A stretch of 64,000 nucleotides of DNA from Clostridia bacterium. GTDB lineage: Bacteria; Bacillota; Clostridia; UMGS1883. How positions within the stretch are numbered: the first letter of the stretch is position 1; the number at the start of each line of letters is the position of its first letter. Position numbers and translations under genes: made by a program. The stretch lies in the NCBI GenBank assembly GCA_045594665.1, contig JAZNYX010000053.1, forward strand, positions 5,747 to 69,746, written 5' to 3'. Below are positions 1 through 7,823 of this stretch, piece by piece. Below the pieces are notes generated by a model. That model saw nothing but the letters and a program-made list of their open reading frames with translations. It searched no databases and was not told the origin of the DNA.

Positions 1-421
1 GGCAATGGACATGAATAAGACTGTATACGCAGTTCCCGGAAATATTGATGATAAGCTGAGTCAGGGAACGAATGAGCTTATCCGTGACGGGGCAGTGCCG
101 CTCTTAAATGCCATTGAAGTTATAGATGAACTGATTTCCGGTAATCCCGACTTTTTTGTAAGGGAAAAGGAAGCGGGAAGACCAATTTATGAGGATGAAA
201 GGTATATAGAGGAAGAACCTGAAAGAAAGAATGTGTCTCTGCAAGGGCTATCAGAATATGAAGCAGAAATTGTAAACATAATAACAAGCGGAGCGGATAC
301 ACAAAATTTGATTGAAGAAAGAATCTCATTTGAACCGTCAAGACTGACGGCACTTATTCAAATGATGGAGATAAAAGGTATTATAAAAAAAGGACGCGGA
401 AATAAATACGCGGTAAGATAA
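1..421 (+). CDS. dprA: DNA processing protein DprA, C-terminal part (5' end outside window)
   Basis: Frame is open to the window edge. VYAVPGNIDDKLSQGTNELIRDGA plus a C-terminal winged-helix-like tail are typical of DprA. dprA-topA synteny is conserved. Confidence 0.8.
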   Translation, partial: AMDMNKTVYAVPGNIDDKLSQGTNELIRDGAVPLLNAIEVIDELISGNPDFFVREKEAGRPIYEDERYIEEEPERKNVSLQGLSEYEAEIVNIITSGADTQNLIEERISFEPSRLTALIQMMEIKGIIKKGRGNKYAVR

Positions 422-437
422 CAGGAGGGGGATGCTC

Positions 438-2513
438 ATGGCAAACTATCTTGTAATAGTTGAGTCACCGGCAAAAGCAAAGACAATAAATAAATATCTC
501 GGAAAAAATTATACGGTTATTGCTTCTATGGGTCATATGCGTGACCTGCCTAAAAGTCAGCTCGGAATAGAAATTGAAAACAATTATGAGCCTAAGTATA
601 TTACAATCCGTGGTAAGGGGGAGCTGCTTACAAAGCTCAAGAAAGCCGCAAAGACTGCGGATAAAGTATATCTTGCAACTGACCCTGACCGCGAGGGAGA
701 AGCAATAAGCTGGCATCTTGCCAATATTCTGGATATCGATGCTACCAAAAAGTGCAGAATAACCTTTAATGAGGTTACTAAAAGTGCTGTAACGGCATCA
801 CTTAAAGAGGCTCGTCCCATTGACGAAAACTTGGTAGACGCTCAGCAGGCACGCCGTGTTCTTGACAGAATAGTGGGTTATCAGATAAGCCCCATTTTGT
901 GGAAGAAGGTTAAAAAGGGCCTTAGTGCAGGGCGTGTTCAGTCTGTGGCAACAAAGCTTGTTGTAGACCGTGAACGTGAGATTAATGCATTTGAACCCAA
1001 GGAATACTGGACTATCAGTGTACCCCTTAGTAAAAAAGGTGAGAAAAAGTCCATTCTTGCAAAATTCTACGGCATTGGCGGAAAGAAAAAGGAGCTTACA
1101 AGCTCCGGTGATACACAAAAAATACTTGACATGACAGAGGGCAGTGCTTTTGTTGTAAAAAGTGCAAACTACAGCGAAAAAATGAATCAGCCTGCACCTC
1201 CCTTTATCACGAGTACACTTCAGCAGGAGGCAAGCAGAAAGCTTGGCTTTACATCAAGGAGAACAATGTCTGCCGCACAGCAGCTTTATGAAGGCGTAGA
1301 CGTTCCCGGGAAGGGGACACTCGGTCTTATAACATATATGAGAACCGACTCCCTCCGTCTTAATCCCGATGCACAAAATGCGGCACGAGGAATTATTGCG
1401 GAGAAGTTTGGAAAAGAGTATTTACCAAAGGCCCCCAGAAACTATAAGACAGGGAAAAATGCTCAGGATGCTCACGAAGCAATCAGACCGTCTGTGCCCT
1501 CAATTGAGCCTGAAATGATAAAATCTTCGGTAAGTGCCGACCTTTATAAGCTTTACAAGCTGATTTGGGAAAGATTTATTGCATGCCAGATGACAAATGC
1601 AGTTTATAATACCCTCTCTGCGGAGTTTGATGCAAATGGTGCCACATTCCGTTCAAATGCAAAGACACTTAAATTTGCAGGCTACCGTGCAGTGTATGTA
1701 GAGGGAAGCGAAGAAGCCGAGGAAAAGGATGCAAAGAGCCTTCCCGTGCTGGAGGAGGGCATGGAGCTTACGGCGGGTAAAGTGGAGAAAGAACAGCATT
1801 TTACCGAGCCTCCGGCAAGATATACAGAGGCATCTCTCATTAAGGCTATGGAGGAAAACGGCATAGGCCGTCCCAGTACCTACGCTCCCACAATTACCAC
1901 AATTCTCGGCAGAGATTATGTAACAAGGGAAAAGCGTATGCTTAAGCCTACTGAGCTTGGAACAATTGTTACCGATATTATGGCGGAAAATTTTGAGGAT
2001 ATTGTAGATGTTGATTTTACTGCCAATATGGAAAAACAGCTTGATGATATTGAAACGGGCAGTGCAAAATGGGTAAAGGTTATAGACGATTTCTACCGTC
2101 CCTTTGAGGCAGTGCTTAAAAAGGCGGAAAAGTCCATTGAAAAGGTTAAAATAGCCGATGAGGTATCCGACGAAATCTGCGAAAAGTGCGGAAGAAATAT
2201 GGTAATAAAGCTTGGAAGATTCGGAAAATTCCTGGCTTGTCCCGGTTTCCCCGAATGTAAAAACGCGAAGCCTATTTTAAAGGACACAGGCGTTAAATGC
2301 CCCAAGTGCGACGGAAGAATTGTGGAAAGACGCAGTCAGAAAGGTAAGAAATATTTCTCCTGTGAAAACGCTCCCAAGTGCGATTTTATCCTTTGGGATG
2401 AACCTACAAAGACTCCCTGTCCCTCCTGCGGCGGCGTAATGACAAGAAAGTATCTTAAACGGGGAAGTGTAACGGTTTGTTCTAACCCTGACTGTGAAAC
2501 TAATAAGAAGTAA
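438..2513 (+). CDS. topA: DNA topoisomerase I
   Basis: Toprim start LVIVESPAKAKTI, DPDREGE motif, catalytic region, C-terminal Cys4 zinc ribbons. AGGAGG at 423-428 favours ATG 438 over the track start 432. Confidence 0.95.
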   Translation: MANYLVIVESPAKAKTINKYLGKNYTVIASMGHMRDLPKSQLGIEIENNYEPKYITIRGKGELLTKLKKAAKTADKVYLATDPDREGEAISWHLANILDIDATKKCRITFNEVTKSAVTASLKEARPIDENLVDAQQARRVLDRIVGYQISPILWKKVKKGLSAGRVQSVATKLVVDREREINAFEPKEYWTISVPLSKKGEKKSILAKFYGIGGKKKELTSSGDTQKILDMTEGSAFVVKSANYSEKMNQPAPPFITSTLQQEASRKLGFTSRRTMSAAQQLYEGVDVPGKGTLGLITYMRTDSLRLNPDAQNAARGIIAEKFGKEYLPKAPRNYKTGKNAQDAHEAIRPSVPSIEPEMIKSSVSADLYKLYKLIWERFIACQMTNAVYNTLSAEFDANGATFRSNAKTLKFAGYRAVYVEGSEEAEEKDAKSLPVLEEGMELTAGKVEKEQHFTEPPARYTEASLIKAMEENGIGRPSTYAPTITTILGRDYVTREKRMLKPTELGTIVTDIMAENFEDIVDVDFTANMEKQLDDIETGSAKWVKVIDDFYRPFEAVLKKAEKSIEKVKIADEVSDEICEKCGRNMVIKLGRFGKFLACPGFPECKNAKPILKDTGVKCPKCDGRIVERRSQKGKKYFSCENAPKCDFILWDEPTKTPCPSCGGVMTRKYLKRGSVTVCSNPDCETNKK

Positions 2514-2515
2514 TG

Positions 2516-2740
2516 CGGGATGTTAAAAATGCCCAGAACATTCGTTGGCGGTTTTATAATTTGAGATAACACTATTTTATAATAACAAGGTTTTCGGTAG
2601 AAATCCGCAAGACGGATTTCCGCTTTGATGCCAACGAATTACGAACAAACTTCACCTCTCGACGTACCCTCGTACGCCTTCGGGTAACCCACGGCAAGCC
2701 GTGGTTCAGTTTGTTCGTTCTGAACATTTTTTCCTATCCC
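2516..2740 (+). repeat. Structured intergenic repeat, copy 1 (subfamily A)
   Basis: 5' GGGATGTTAAAAATG and 3' TTTTTTCCTATCCC termini. Internal hairpin GAAATCCG/CGGATTTC. 3' domain GAACAAACTTCACCTCTCG...GGTTCAGTTTGTTC is shared with the copies at 29834, 33604 and 36671. Confidence 0.85.
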
Positions 2741-2841
2741 TTAAATTCATAAAACTAAATTGTCATTCTGAGGAGCTTGCTACGAAGAATCTCTTAGAAT
2801 GACAATTTCACATTTAAAACTTTTTAATCGAGGATGTTACT

Positions 2842-4152
2842 ATGGAGCTTAAAATAATCGGGGCTGGCCTTGCCGGCTGTGAAGCGGCTTGGCAAGCGGC
2901 ACAAAGAGGAATTAAGGTAAAGCTTTATGAAATGAAGCCTGCCGTTTTTTCCCCTGCCCATACAAACGAAAACCTGTGCGAGCTTGTCTGCTCCAATTCC
3001 CTTAAGGGAAACGGGCTTGATAATGCCTGTGGCCTGCTTAAAGAAGAAATGCGGCGGATGGGAAGCCTTGTCATAAAATGTGCCGATGAAACAAAGGTGC
3101 CTGCAGGCGGTGCATTGGCAGTAGACCGTGACCGCTTTGCATCTCTTGTGACAAGCTATATTAAGCAGCATCCCAACATAGAACTCATAAACGAAACTGT
3201 AAGCGAAATTGATACGGATGAATTTACCATAATCGCAACAGGACCGCTTACCCATGAAAAGCTCAGTATATCAATCGCAAATCTGACGGGAGGGGACAGC
3301 TTGTTCTTTTTTGATGCGGCGGCTCCCGTAATAACTCGTGAAAGCATTGATGAAACGAAAACCTACCTTGCGGCAAGGTATAACAAGGGAACAGCCGATT
3401 ACATCAACTGCCCCATGGAAAAAGACGAATATGAAGCCTTTTATGATGCCCTCATAAATGCCGAGCGTGCTCCGCTTCACGAGGGTGTGGAGAATATAAA
3501 GGTTTTCGAGGGCTGTATGCCCGTTGAAATTATGGCACAAAGAGGTAGAGAAACGCTTTGCTTCGGACCTCTTAAGCCTAAAGGACTTCCAAATCCCCAA
3601 ACGGGCAAAGAGCCGTATGCGGTGCTTCAGCTTCGCCGTGATAACACCGAGGGAACTTTATATAACCTTGTGGGCTTTCAGACTAATTTAAAGTTTGGTG
3701 AGCAAAAGAGGGTTTTCTCCATGATTCCCGGTCTTGAAAATGCGGAATTTGTCCGCTATGGCGTAATGCACAGAAATACTTATATAAATTCCCCTGCCGT
3801 TTTAAACCCCGATTACAGCCTGATAAAATACCCCAAGGTATTTTTTGCAGGGCAGATAACGGGCGTGGAGGGATATGTGGAATCGGCTTCTTCGGGAATG
3901 ATTGCAGGAATTAATGCCGCAAGAAGGCTTATGGGAAAGGAAAGCGTTGTTTTTCCTGCCTCCACGTGCAGCGGTGCACTTATAAAGTATATTACCGATC
4001 GTGAAAATAAAAAATTCCAACCCATGAATGCTAATTTCGGCATTATCGACTGGGAAAGAGTGAAGATTAAAAACAAAAAAGAACGTTATGAATATATTTC
4101 CTCCCTTGCACTTAAAGCATTAGAGGAAGTAATTGAAAAAGAGAATATATAG
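2842..4152 (+). CDS. trmFO: Methylenetetrahydrofolate--tRNA-(uracil54-C5)-methyltransferase TrmFO
   Basis: N-terminal FAD fold IIGAGLAGCEAAWQ, ~435 aa, topA-trmFO synteny as in other Firmicutes. Confidence 0.93.
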   Translation: MELKIIGAGLAGCEAAWQAAQRGIKVKLYEMKPAVFSPAHTNENLCELVCSNSLKGNGLDNACGLLKEEMRRMGSLVIKCADETKVPAGGALAVDRDRFASLVTSYIKQHPNIELINETVSEIDTDEFTIIATGPLTHEKLSISIANLTGGDSLFFFDAAAPVITRESIDETKTYLAARYNKGTADYINCPMEKDEYEAFYDALINAERAPLHEGVENIKVFEGCMPVEIMAQRGRETLCFGPLKPKGLPNPQTGKEPYAVLQLRRDNTEGTLYNLVGFQTNLKFGEQKRVFSMIPGLENAEFVRYGVMHRNTYINSPAVLNPDYSLIKYPKVFFAGQITGVEGYVESASSGMIAGINAARRLMGKESVVFPASTCSGALIKYITDRENKKFQPMNANFGIIDWERVKIKNKKERYEYISSLALKALEEVIEKENI

Positions 4153-4158
4153 ACTAAA

Positions 4159-4191
4159 AATAATGCTGTGACAATGTGTCACAGCATTATT
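4159..4191. terminator. Hairpin terminator between convergent trmFO and membrane-protein gene
   Basis: Perfect 15-bp stem AATAATGCTGTGACA / TGTCACAGCATTATT with a 3-nt loop, starting 7 nt after the trmFO stop. Confidence 0.6.
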
Positions 4192-4195
4192 TAAA

Positions 4196-4288
4196 GGGGA
4201 TAGGAAATTTCACGATTTAATCGCGAGCAAAATTTGTCAGTTTTGTATTTAGTCAGGTCGCGAAATGGGTGAAGCGGCACGCTTCTTT
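4196..4288 (-). repeat. Degenerate or miniature relative of the intergenic repeat family
   Basis: Minus-strand reading ends in TTTCCTATCCCC and contains CTTCACC plus a stem TTCAC..TCGCGA / TCGCGA..GTGAA. It lies directly after the stop of the minus-strand gene 4289-4705. Confidence 0.4.
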
Positions 4289-4705
4289 TTAGTCTATATC
4301 ACGGTCACAACCTGCAACGCACTTTACAAGGCACGCAGTAGAAGTAATTATCAGTGAGAAAAACGTAAGAAGCAGTCCCGTTATGATTGCTCCGGCAATA
4401 CTGGTTGCCGCAAAGGTAATAGCAAGAAGTATTACCGACGTGAGAACCGTACCTAAAATCCCCGCAAGGAAAAGAGGAAGAATGGGACACAGGCAATCTC
4501 GGAGATACGGTCTGCCGGGCGACAGTGCCAAAAGTGATATTGCAAGATAACCCACAGCTATACCGAAAGTAGTCCACAAAAATGCAGGAGCTACGGTTAT
4601 AACAGCAGTAATTCTGAGAACTGTTGCAACTACGCCGATAATAATACTTGCGATAATAGCAAGAGCACCGCAGCTATTTCTGCAGCTGCAAGAACAATTA
4701 TACAT
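4289..4705 (-). CDS. Cys-rich polytopic membrane protein, function unknown
   Basis: GGGAGGTG RBS 7 nt upstream. About 4 hydrophobic segments. Cys clusters at both ends (MYNCSCSCRNSC..., ...ACLVKCVAGCD). Confidence 0.6.
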   Translation of the reverse strand: MYNCSCSCRNSCGALAIIASIIIGVVATVLRITAVITVAPAFLWTTFGIAVGYLAISLLALSPGRPYLRDCLCPILPLFLAGILGTVLTSVILLAITFAATSIAGAIITGLLLTFFSLIITSTACLVKCVAGCDRDID

Positions 4706-4755
4706 AGTTATTCACCTCCCATTTCAGCATATGTGAAAGGGAGGTGTTTTGTTAC

Positions 4756-5094
4756 TTATCTAATACCACAAGATTTTGCGTATGCCGTAACTATTTCTAA
4801 AAGATTTGAAATCTGTTCATCGGTCATATCTGAAATGAATTTGTGAAGAACAGTTTCGACATTTTTTGAAGATATTCCAAAGAGAAGATAGTCGGCGCTG
4901 ACATCAAGAACTTTGCATATATCTCTCAGTTTGCCTACGGAGATTCCGGACAAACCACGCTCAATATTACTTATTTGCTGAGGATTGCTTATATCAGCCT
5001 TTTCGGCTAAAGCTTCTTGGGTAAGGTTCCTTTTTGCTCTTATTTCTTTTATCCTTGCACCGATTTCGGCGTTGGTTTTGTTAAATCTGTTCAT
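4756..5094 (-). CDS. XRE-family helix-turn-helix transcriptional regulator
   Basis: IKEIRAKRNLTQEALAEKADISNPQQISNIERG is a classic HTH_3 motif. AGGAG RBS present. Confidence 0.85.
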   Translation of the reverse strand: MNRFNKTNAEIGARIKEIRAKRNLTQEALAEKADISNPQQISNIERGLSGISVGKLRDICKVLDVSADYLLFGISSKNVETVLHKFISDMTDEQISNLLEIVTAYAKSCGIR

Positions 5095-5192
5095 AAATTC
5101 ACTCCTGAAAACAATTAATGTTTACAAGTTTATTATAAAAGCTTTATCTTGAATTATGAACATGGCTAAAAGTTTATAAGTAAACCTTTTAC

Positions 5193-5221
5193 TTGACTTA
5201 ATGCGAAAAAAATGTTATTAT
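5193..5221 (+). promoter_or_regulatory. Sigma-A type promoter for the SLOG gene
   Basis: TTGACT, 17 nt, TATTAT. Confidence 0.5.
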
Positions 5222-5253
5222 ACTAAAGAATCAAAATAAAAGGATATAGGATA

Positions 5254-5772
5254 ATGACTTGTGAAAATGAAAAAAATCAAACCTGTTGTTTCTTTGGTCA
5301 TAGAAAAATAAACGAAACAACAGAACTAAAAAACAAGCTAAATAAAGTCATAGAAGATTTAATAATAAATAAAAAGATTGACACCTTTCTTTTTGGCAGT
5401 AAAAGCGAATTTAATGACTTATGTCTTAGTACTGTCGCTAAATTAAAGGTAAAATACCCATATATCAAAAGAGTGTATGTTCGTGCTGAATATCCGTATA
5501 TAGATGAAAACTACAAAAATTATCTGTTAGGAAGCTATGAAGAAACCTACTATCCACAAAAAATAATAAACGCAGGGAAAGCCGCATATGTAGAAAGAAA
5601 TTGCGAAATGATTGATAAGAGCAGTATCTGTGTGGTGTACTATGATGAAAGCTATCTGCCAAATCGTAAAAACAATAAAAGCGGAACAAAAATTGCCTGT
5701 GACTATGCTGTGCAAAAGGGCAATGAAATAATAAATGTAAACGAAGCGGTAGAAGATAAAAATGTCAGATAA
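5254..5772 (+). CDS. SLOG-superfamily (DUF1273 / YpsA-like) protein
   Basis: The N-terminal CCFFGHRK motif followed by a Rossmann-like alternation resembles the DUF1273 CFTGHR signature. Assigned by eye only. Confidence 0.6.
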   Translation: MTCENEKNQTCCFFGHRKINETTELKNKLNKVIEDLIINKKIDTFLFGSKSEFNDLCLSTVAKLKVKYPYIKRVYVRAEYPYIDENYKNYLLGSYEETYYPQKIINAGKAAYVERNCEMIDKSSICVVYYDESYLPNRKNNKSGTKIACDYAVQKGNEIINVNEAVEDKNVR

Positions 5773-5796
5773 TAAAAATTTACATAGAGCAAATAC

Positions 5797-5843
5797 AAAA
5801 AAAGCTACACAATGGGGACTGTCCCCATTGTGTAGCTTTTTTT
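5797..5843. terminator. Bidirectional intrinsic terminator
   Basis: AAAAAAAGCTACACAATGGGGA / TCCCCATTGTGTAGCTTTTTTT, with A-run and T-run flanks, between convergent genes. Confidence 0.75.
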
Positions 5844-5844
5844 G

Positions 5845-6168
5845 TTAGCGGTTTTGGTAGTACGTTTTCAATAGTTGATATATAGTTTTAATTTCCGGAA
5901 CCGACAAATGCTCCAGAATATTTTTAATTTCAAGAATGTCTGAATGTTCTTCTTCGGAAACAATTTTTTTCCTATTGTCTGTGAGTCCTAAAATATAGTC
6001 AACGGAAACGTTAAGCTCTTTTCCTATATTATAGAGTGTCTGTACTGCAGGGGCTTTTCTTCCGGCTTCAATTTCCCACAAAAAATTCCTAGAGATTCCT
6101 ATATTTTCTGAAAGCTTTTCAAGTGTTAATTTCTTTTGTGTACGTATAGCTTTTATTCTCATTCCCAT
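5845..6168 (-). CDS. XRE-family helix-turn-helix transcriptional regulator
   Basis: IKAIRTQKKLTLEKLSENIGISRNFLWEIEAGRK is an HTH_3 motif. The GGTGGA RBS favours the internal ATG 6168 over the track start 6192. Confidence 0.8.
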   Translation of the reverse strand: MGMRIKAIRTQKKLTLEKLSENIGISRNFLWEIEAGRKAPAVQTLYNIGKELNVSVDYILGLTDNRKKIVSEEEHSDILEIKNILEHLSVPEIKTIYQLLKTYYQNR

Positions 6169-6202
6169 AGTCGATAATTCCACCACAATCACCTCTCTTT
6201 TA

Positions 6203-6248
6203 TTTTACAACAATTAGCTATAATTAAAACTTGCTTATTGTTGTAAAA
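6203..6248. promoter_or_regulatory. Candidate operator: perfect 12-bp inverted repeat
   Basis: TTTTACAACAAT (6203-6214) and ATTGTTGTAAAA (6237-6248), in the divergent XRE/lipoprotein control region. TGTAAAAC recurs at 6275-6282. Confidence 0.5.
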
Positions 6249-6263
6249 CACACCAAAAAAGTA

Positions 6264-6292
6264 TTGCAATTAGGTGTAAAACGTGTTATAAT
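6264..6292 (+). promoter_or_regulatory. Sigma-A type promoter for the lipoprotein gene
   Basis: TTGCAA, 17 nt, TATAAT. Confidence 0.5.
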
Positions 6293-6345
6293 GTGTAGGA
6301 CGCTTGAGAAAGCTGTCGAATAAATTAAAATTAGGAGAGATACAT

Positions 6346-7020
6346 ATGAGAAAAACAATTAAAACACTATCCGCACTGATATTGGCTTTTTTACTGATGT
6401 TTTCCTTTGCTGCCTGTGAAAAGAATGCTGAAGTAAAAGAAAGTGCCGGGGAGAATATTGCAGAAAAAGATAAAGAAACCGTGGAAGAGGTTGTAGAAGA
6501 TTTCTTTGATGCTTACACCGAAATGGACTTTGAAAAGGCAACTGAATTTACGAAAAGAAATTCTGATGCTTATGACGTTATCAAAGACATAATAGCGAAT
6601 ATGCCTTTTGATGAAATTGCCGATGAAAGTCCCGAAATGGCTGACGCATTTGAAGAAATGATAAAGGATGTATTTGGTGCAGTAGAAGTTAATATTGAAG
6701 AAATAAAGGTGGACGGAGATAAAGCCGAGGTAATTTATGAAACAAATGCAGGGGCAATAGAGGACATTTTCGAGACATTTGAAGAAGAGGGAGATGCAAG
6801 ACTTGAGGCAAGCCTTGAAAGCATAAGCGAGGAAGACCTTGCCGAATTAGCGTTGTTGTCCGAAGAGGAACAGTTTCAGTTCGGAATGGAGCTTGCCCTT
6901 GAAGTAATGGAGGAGCTTTTTGACGAAATGATTGAAGAATTTAACGATGCAGATTTGGAAGAAGCAACCATAAAGCTTGAAAAAGACGGAAGCGACTGGG
7001 AAATTACTGAAATGGAATAA
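6346..7020 (+). CDS. Acidic lipoprotein, function unknown
   Basis: Signal peptide with lipobox (LMFSFAAC). The mature part is very Glu/Asp rich. AGGAGA RBS lies before ATG 6346. Confidence 0.7.
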   Translation: MRKTIKTLSALILAFLLMFSFAACEKNAEVKESAGENIAEKDKETVEEVVEDFFDAYTEMDFEKATEFTKRNSDAYDVIKDIIANMPFDEIADESPEMADAFEEMIKDVFGAVEVNIEEIKVDGDKAEVIYETNAGAIEDIFETFEEEGDARLEASLESISEEDLAELALLSEEEQFQFGMELALEVMEELFDEMIEEFNDADLEEATIKLEKDGSDWEITEME

Positions 7021-7056
7021 ATAAAGAAACGGATGCATTTGCATCCGTTTCTTTAT

Positions 7057-7818
7057 TTATTCCATAAGACCGATATTCCTCTCAAGGACACCTTTCCCCC
7101 TCCAGGAAAAGGCTCGGTTTTTATACTTTTTCATAAATCCACGGTTTGAAAGGCTTTCAAGCTCGGAGAGGGAAATAGAGTCAATTAAATCCTCGGTAAA
7201 CTCTTTCAGTGGTTTTGGTGTAATATTATTATGTGGGCAAACCCTCTGGCACGTGTCGCAACCAAATACAAGACCTGATTTTTTTAGTATGGCGATTTCA
7301 CTTTCCGTGAGGTCGCCTTTTTTCTGGCTTATATGAGAGGCACATTTGTTAATATCAAATTCTTCTCCCAAGGCACCGCCGGGGCAATTTTCTATGCACC
7401 GATTACAGCCCATACAGGCTTTTTGAAGCGGTGTGTCGGGGGCTAAATCTAAATCACATAAAATATATCCTATGAAAAAGTAGCTCCCGAAATCATCGTT
7501 AATAAGCATTTTGTTTTTTCCGTAGAACCCAAGCCCTGCCTCATAAGCTAACCTTCTGTCAACTTCGGGACCGATATCGGCAAAAATTTCGCACTCCGTA
7601 TCGGAGGCAAGGGTACGAATGAAGTCGCATACAGGGGAGAGCTTTTCCTTTATAACCAAGTGGTAATCAAGACCTCTTGCATATAAAGAAAGATTACCGT
7701 CACTCTCACCGCAGTAGTAGGGAAAAAGGCAGACTATTGCACTTTTTTCTCCATAGCGTGCAATGCCGCACTTTTCAATGCCAAGAGAATGTATGAAATT
7801 AAAAATTTTGTTTTTCAT
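7057..7818 (-). CDS. queG: Epoxyqueuosine reductase QueG-like 4Fe-4S protein
   Basis: Two ferredoxin-type clusters (CMGCNRCIENCP, CDTCQRVCP) follow a DUF1730-like N-terminus. Confidence 0.65.
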   Translation of the reverse strand: MKNKIFNFIHSLGIEKCGIARYGEKSAIVCLFPYYCGESDGNLSLYARGLDYHLVIKEKLSPVCDFIRTLASDTECEIFADIGPEVDRRLAYEAGLGFYGKNKMLINDDFGSYFFIGYILCDLDLAPDTPLQKACMGCNRCIENCPGGALGEEFDINKCASHISQKKGDLTESEIAILKKSGLVFGCDTCQRVCPHNNITPKPLKEFTEDLIDSISLSELESLSNRGFMKKYKNRAFSWRGKGVLERNIGLME

Positions 7819-7823
7819 AGCCG

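Noticed and set aside
432-437. N-terminal extensions given in the ORF track for several genes: 432 topA, 6304, 10845 recD2, 13142, 14368, 23276 rpsL, 23866 rpsG, 27884, 28962, 30626, 36227, 38568, 40716, 42409, 45880, 56268, 59535, 59713, 60865.
   Set aside because: In each case an internal start with a properly spaced Shine-Dalgarno sequence gives the canonical protein N-terminus. The extension has no RBS or overlaps the upstream gene or terminator.
2520-2564. Short ORFs starting at the ATG inside the repeat 5' end GGGGATG (14, 22, 21 and 31 codons in copies 1-4).
   Set aside because: The peptides share only the first 3-4 residues and differ in length. The G-run sits directly against the ATG, so there is no usable SD spacing. 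Conservation is at the nucleotide and structure level, not the peptide level.
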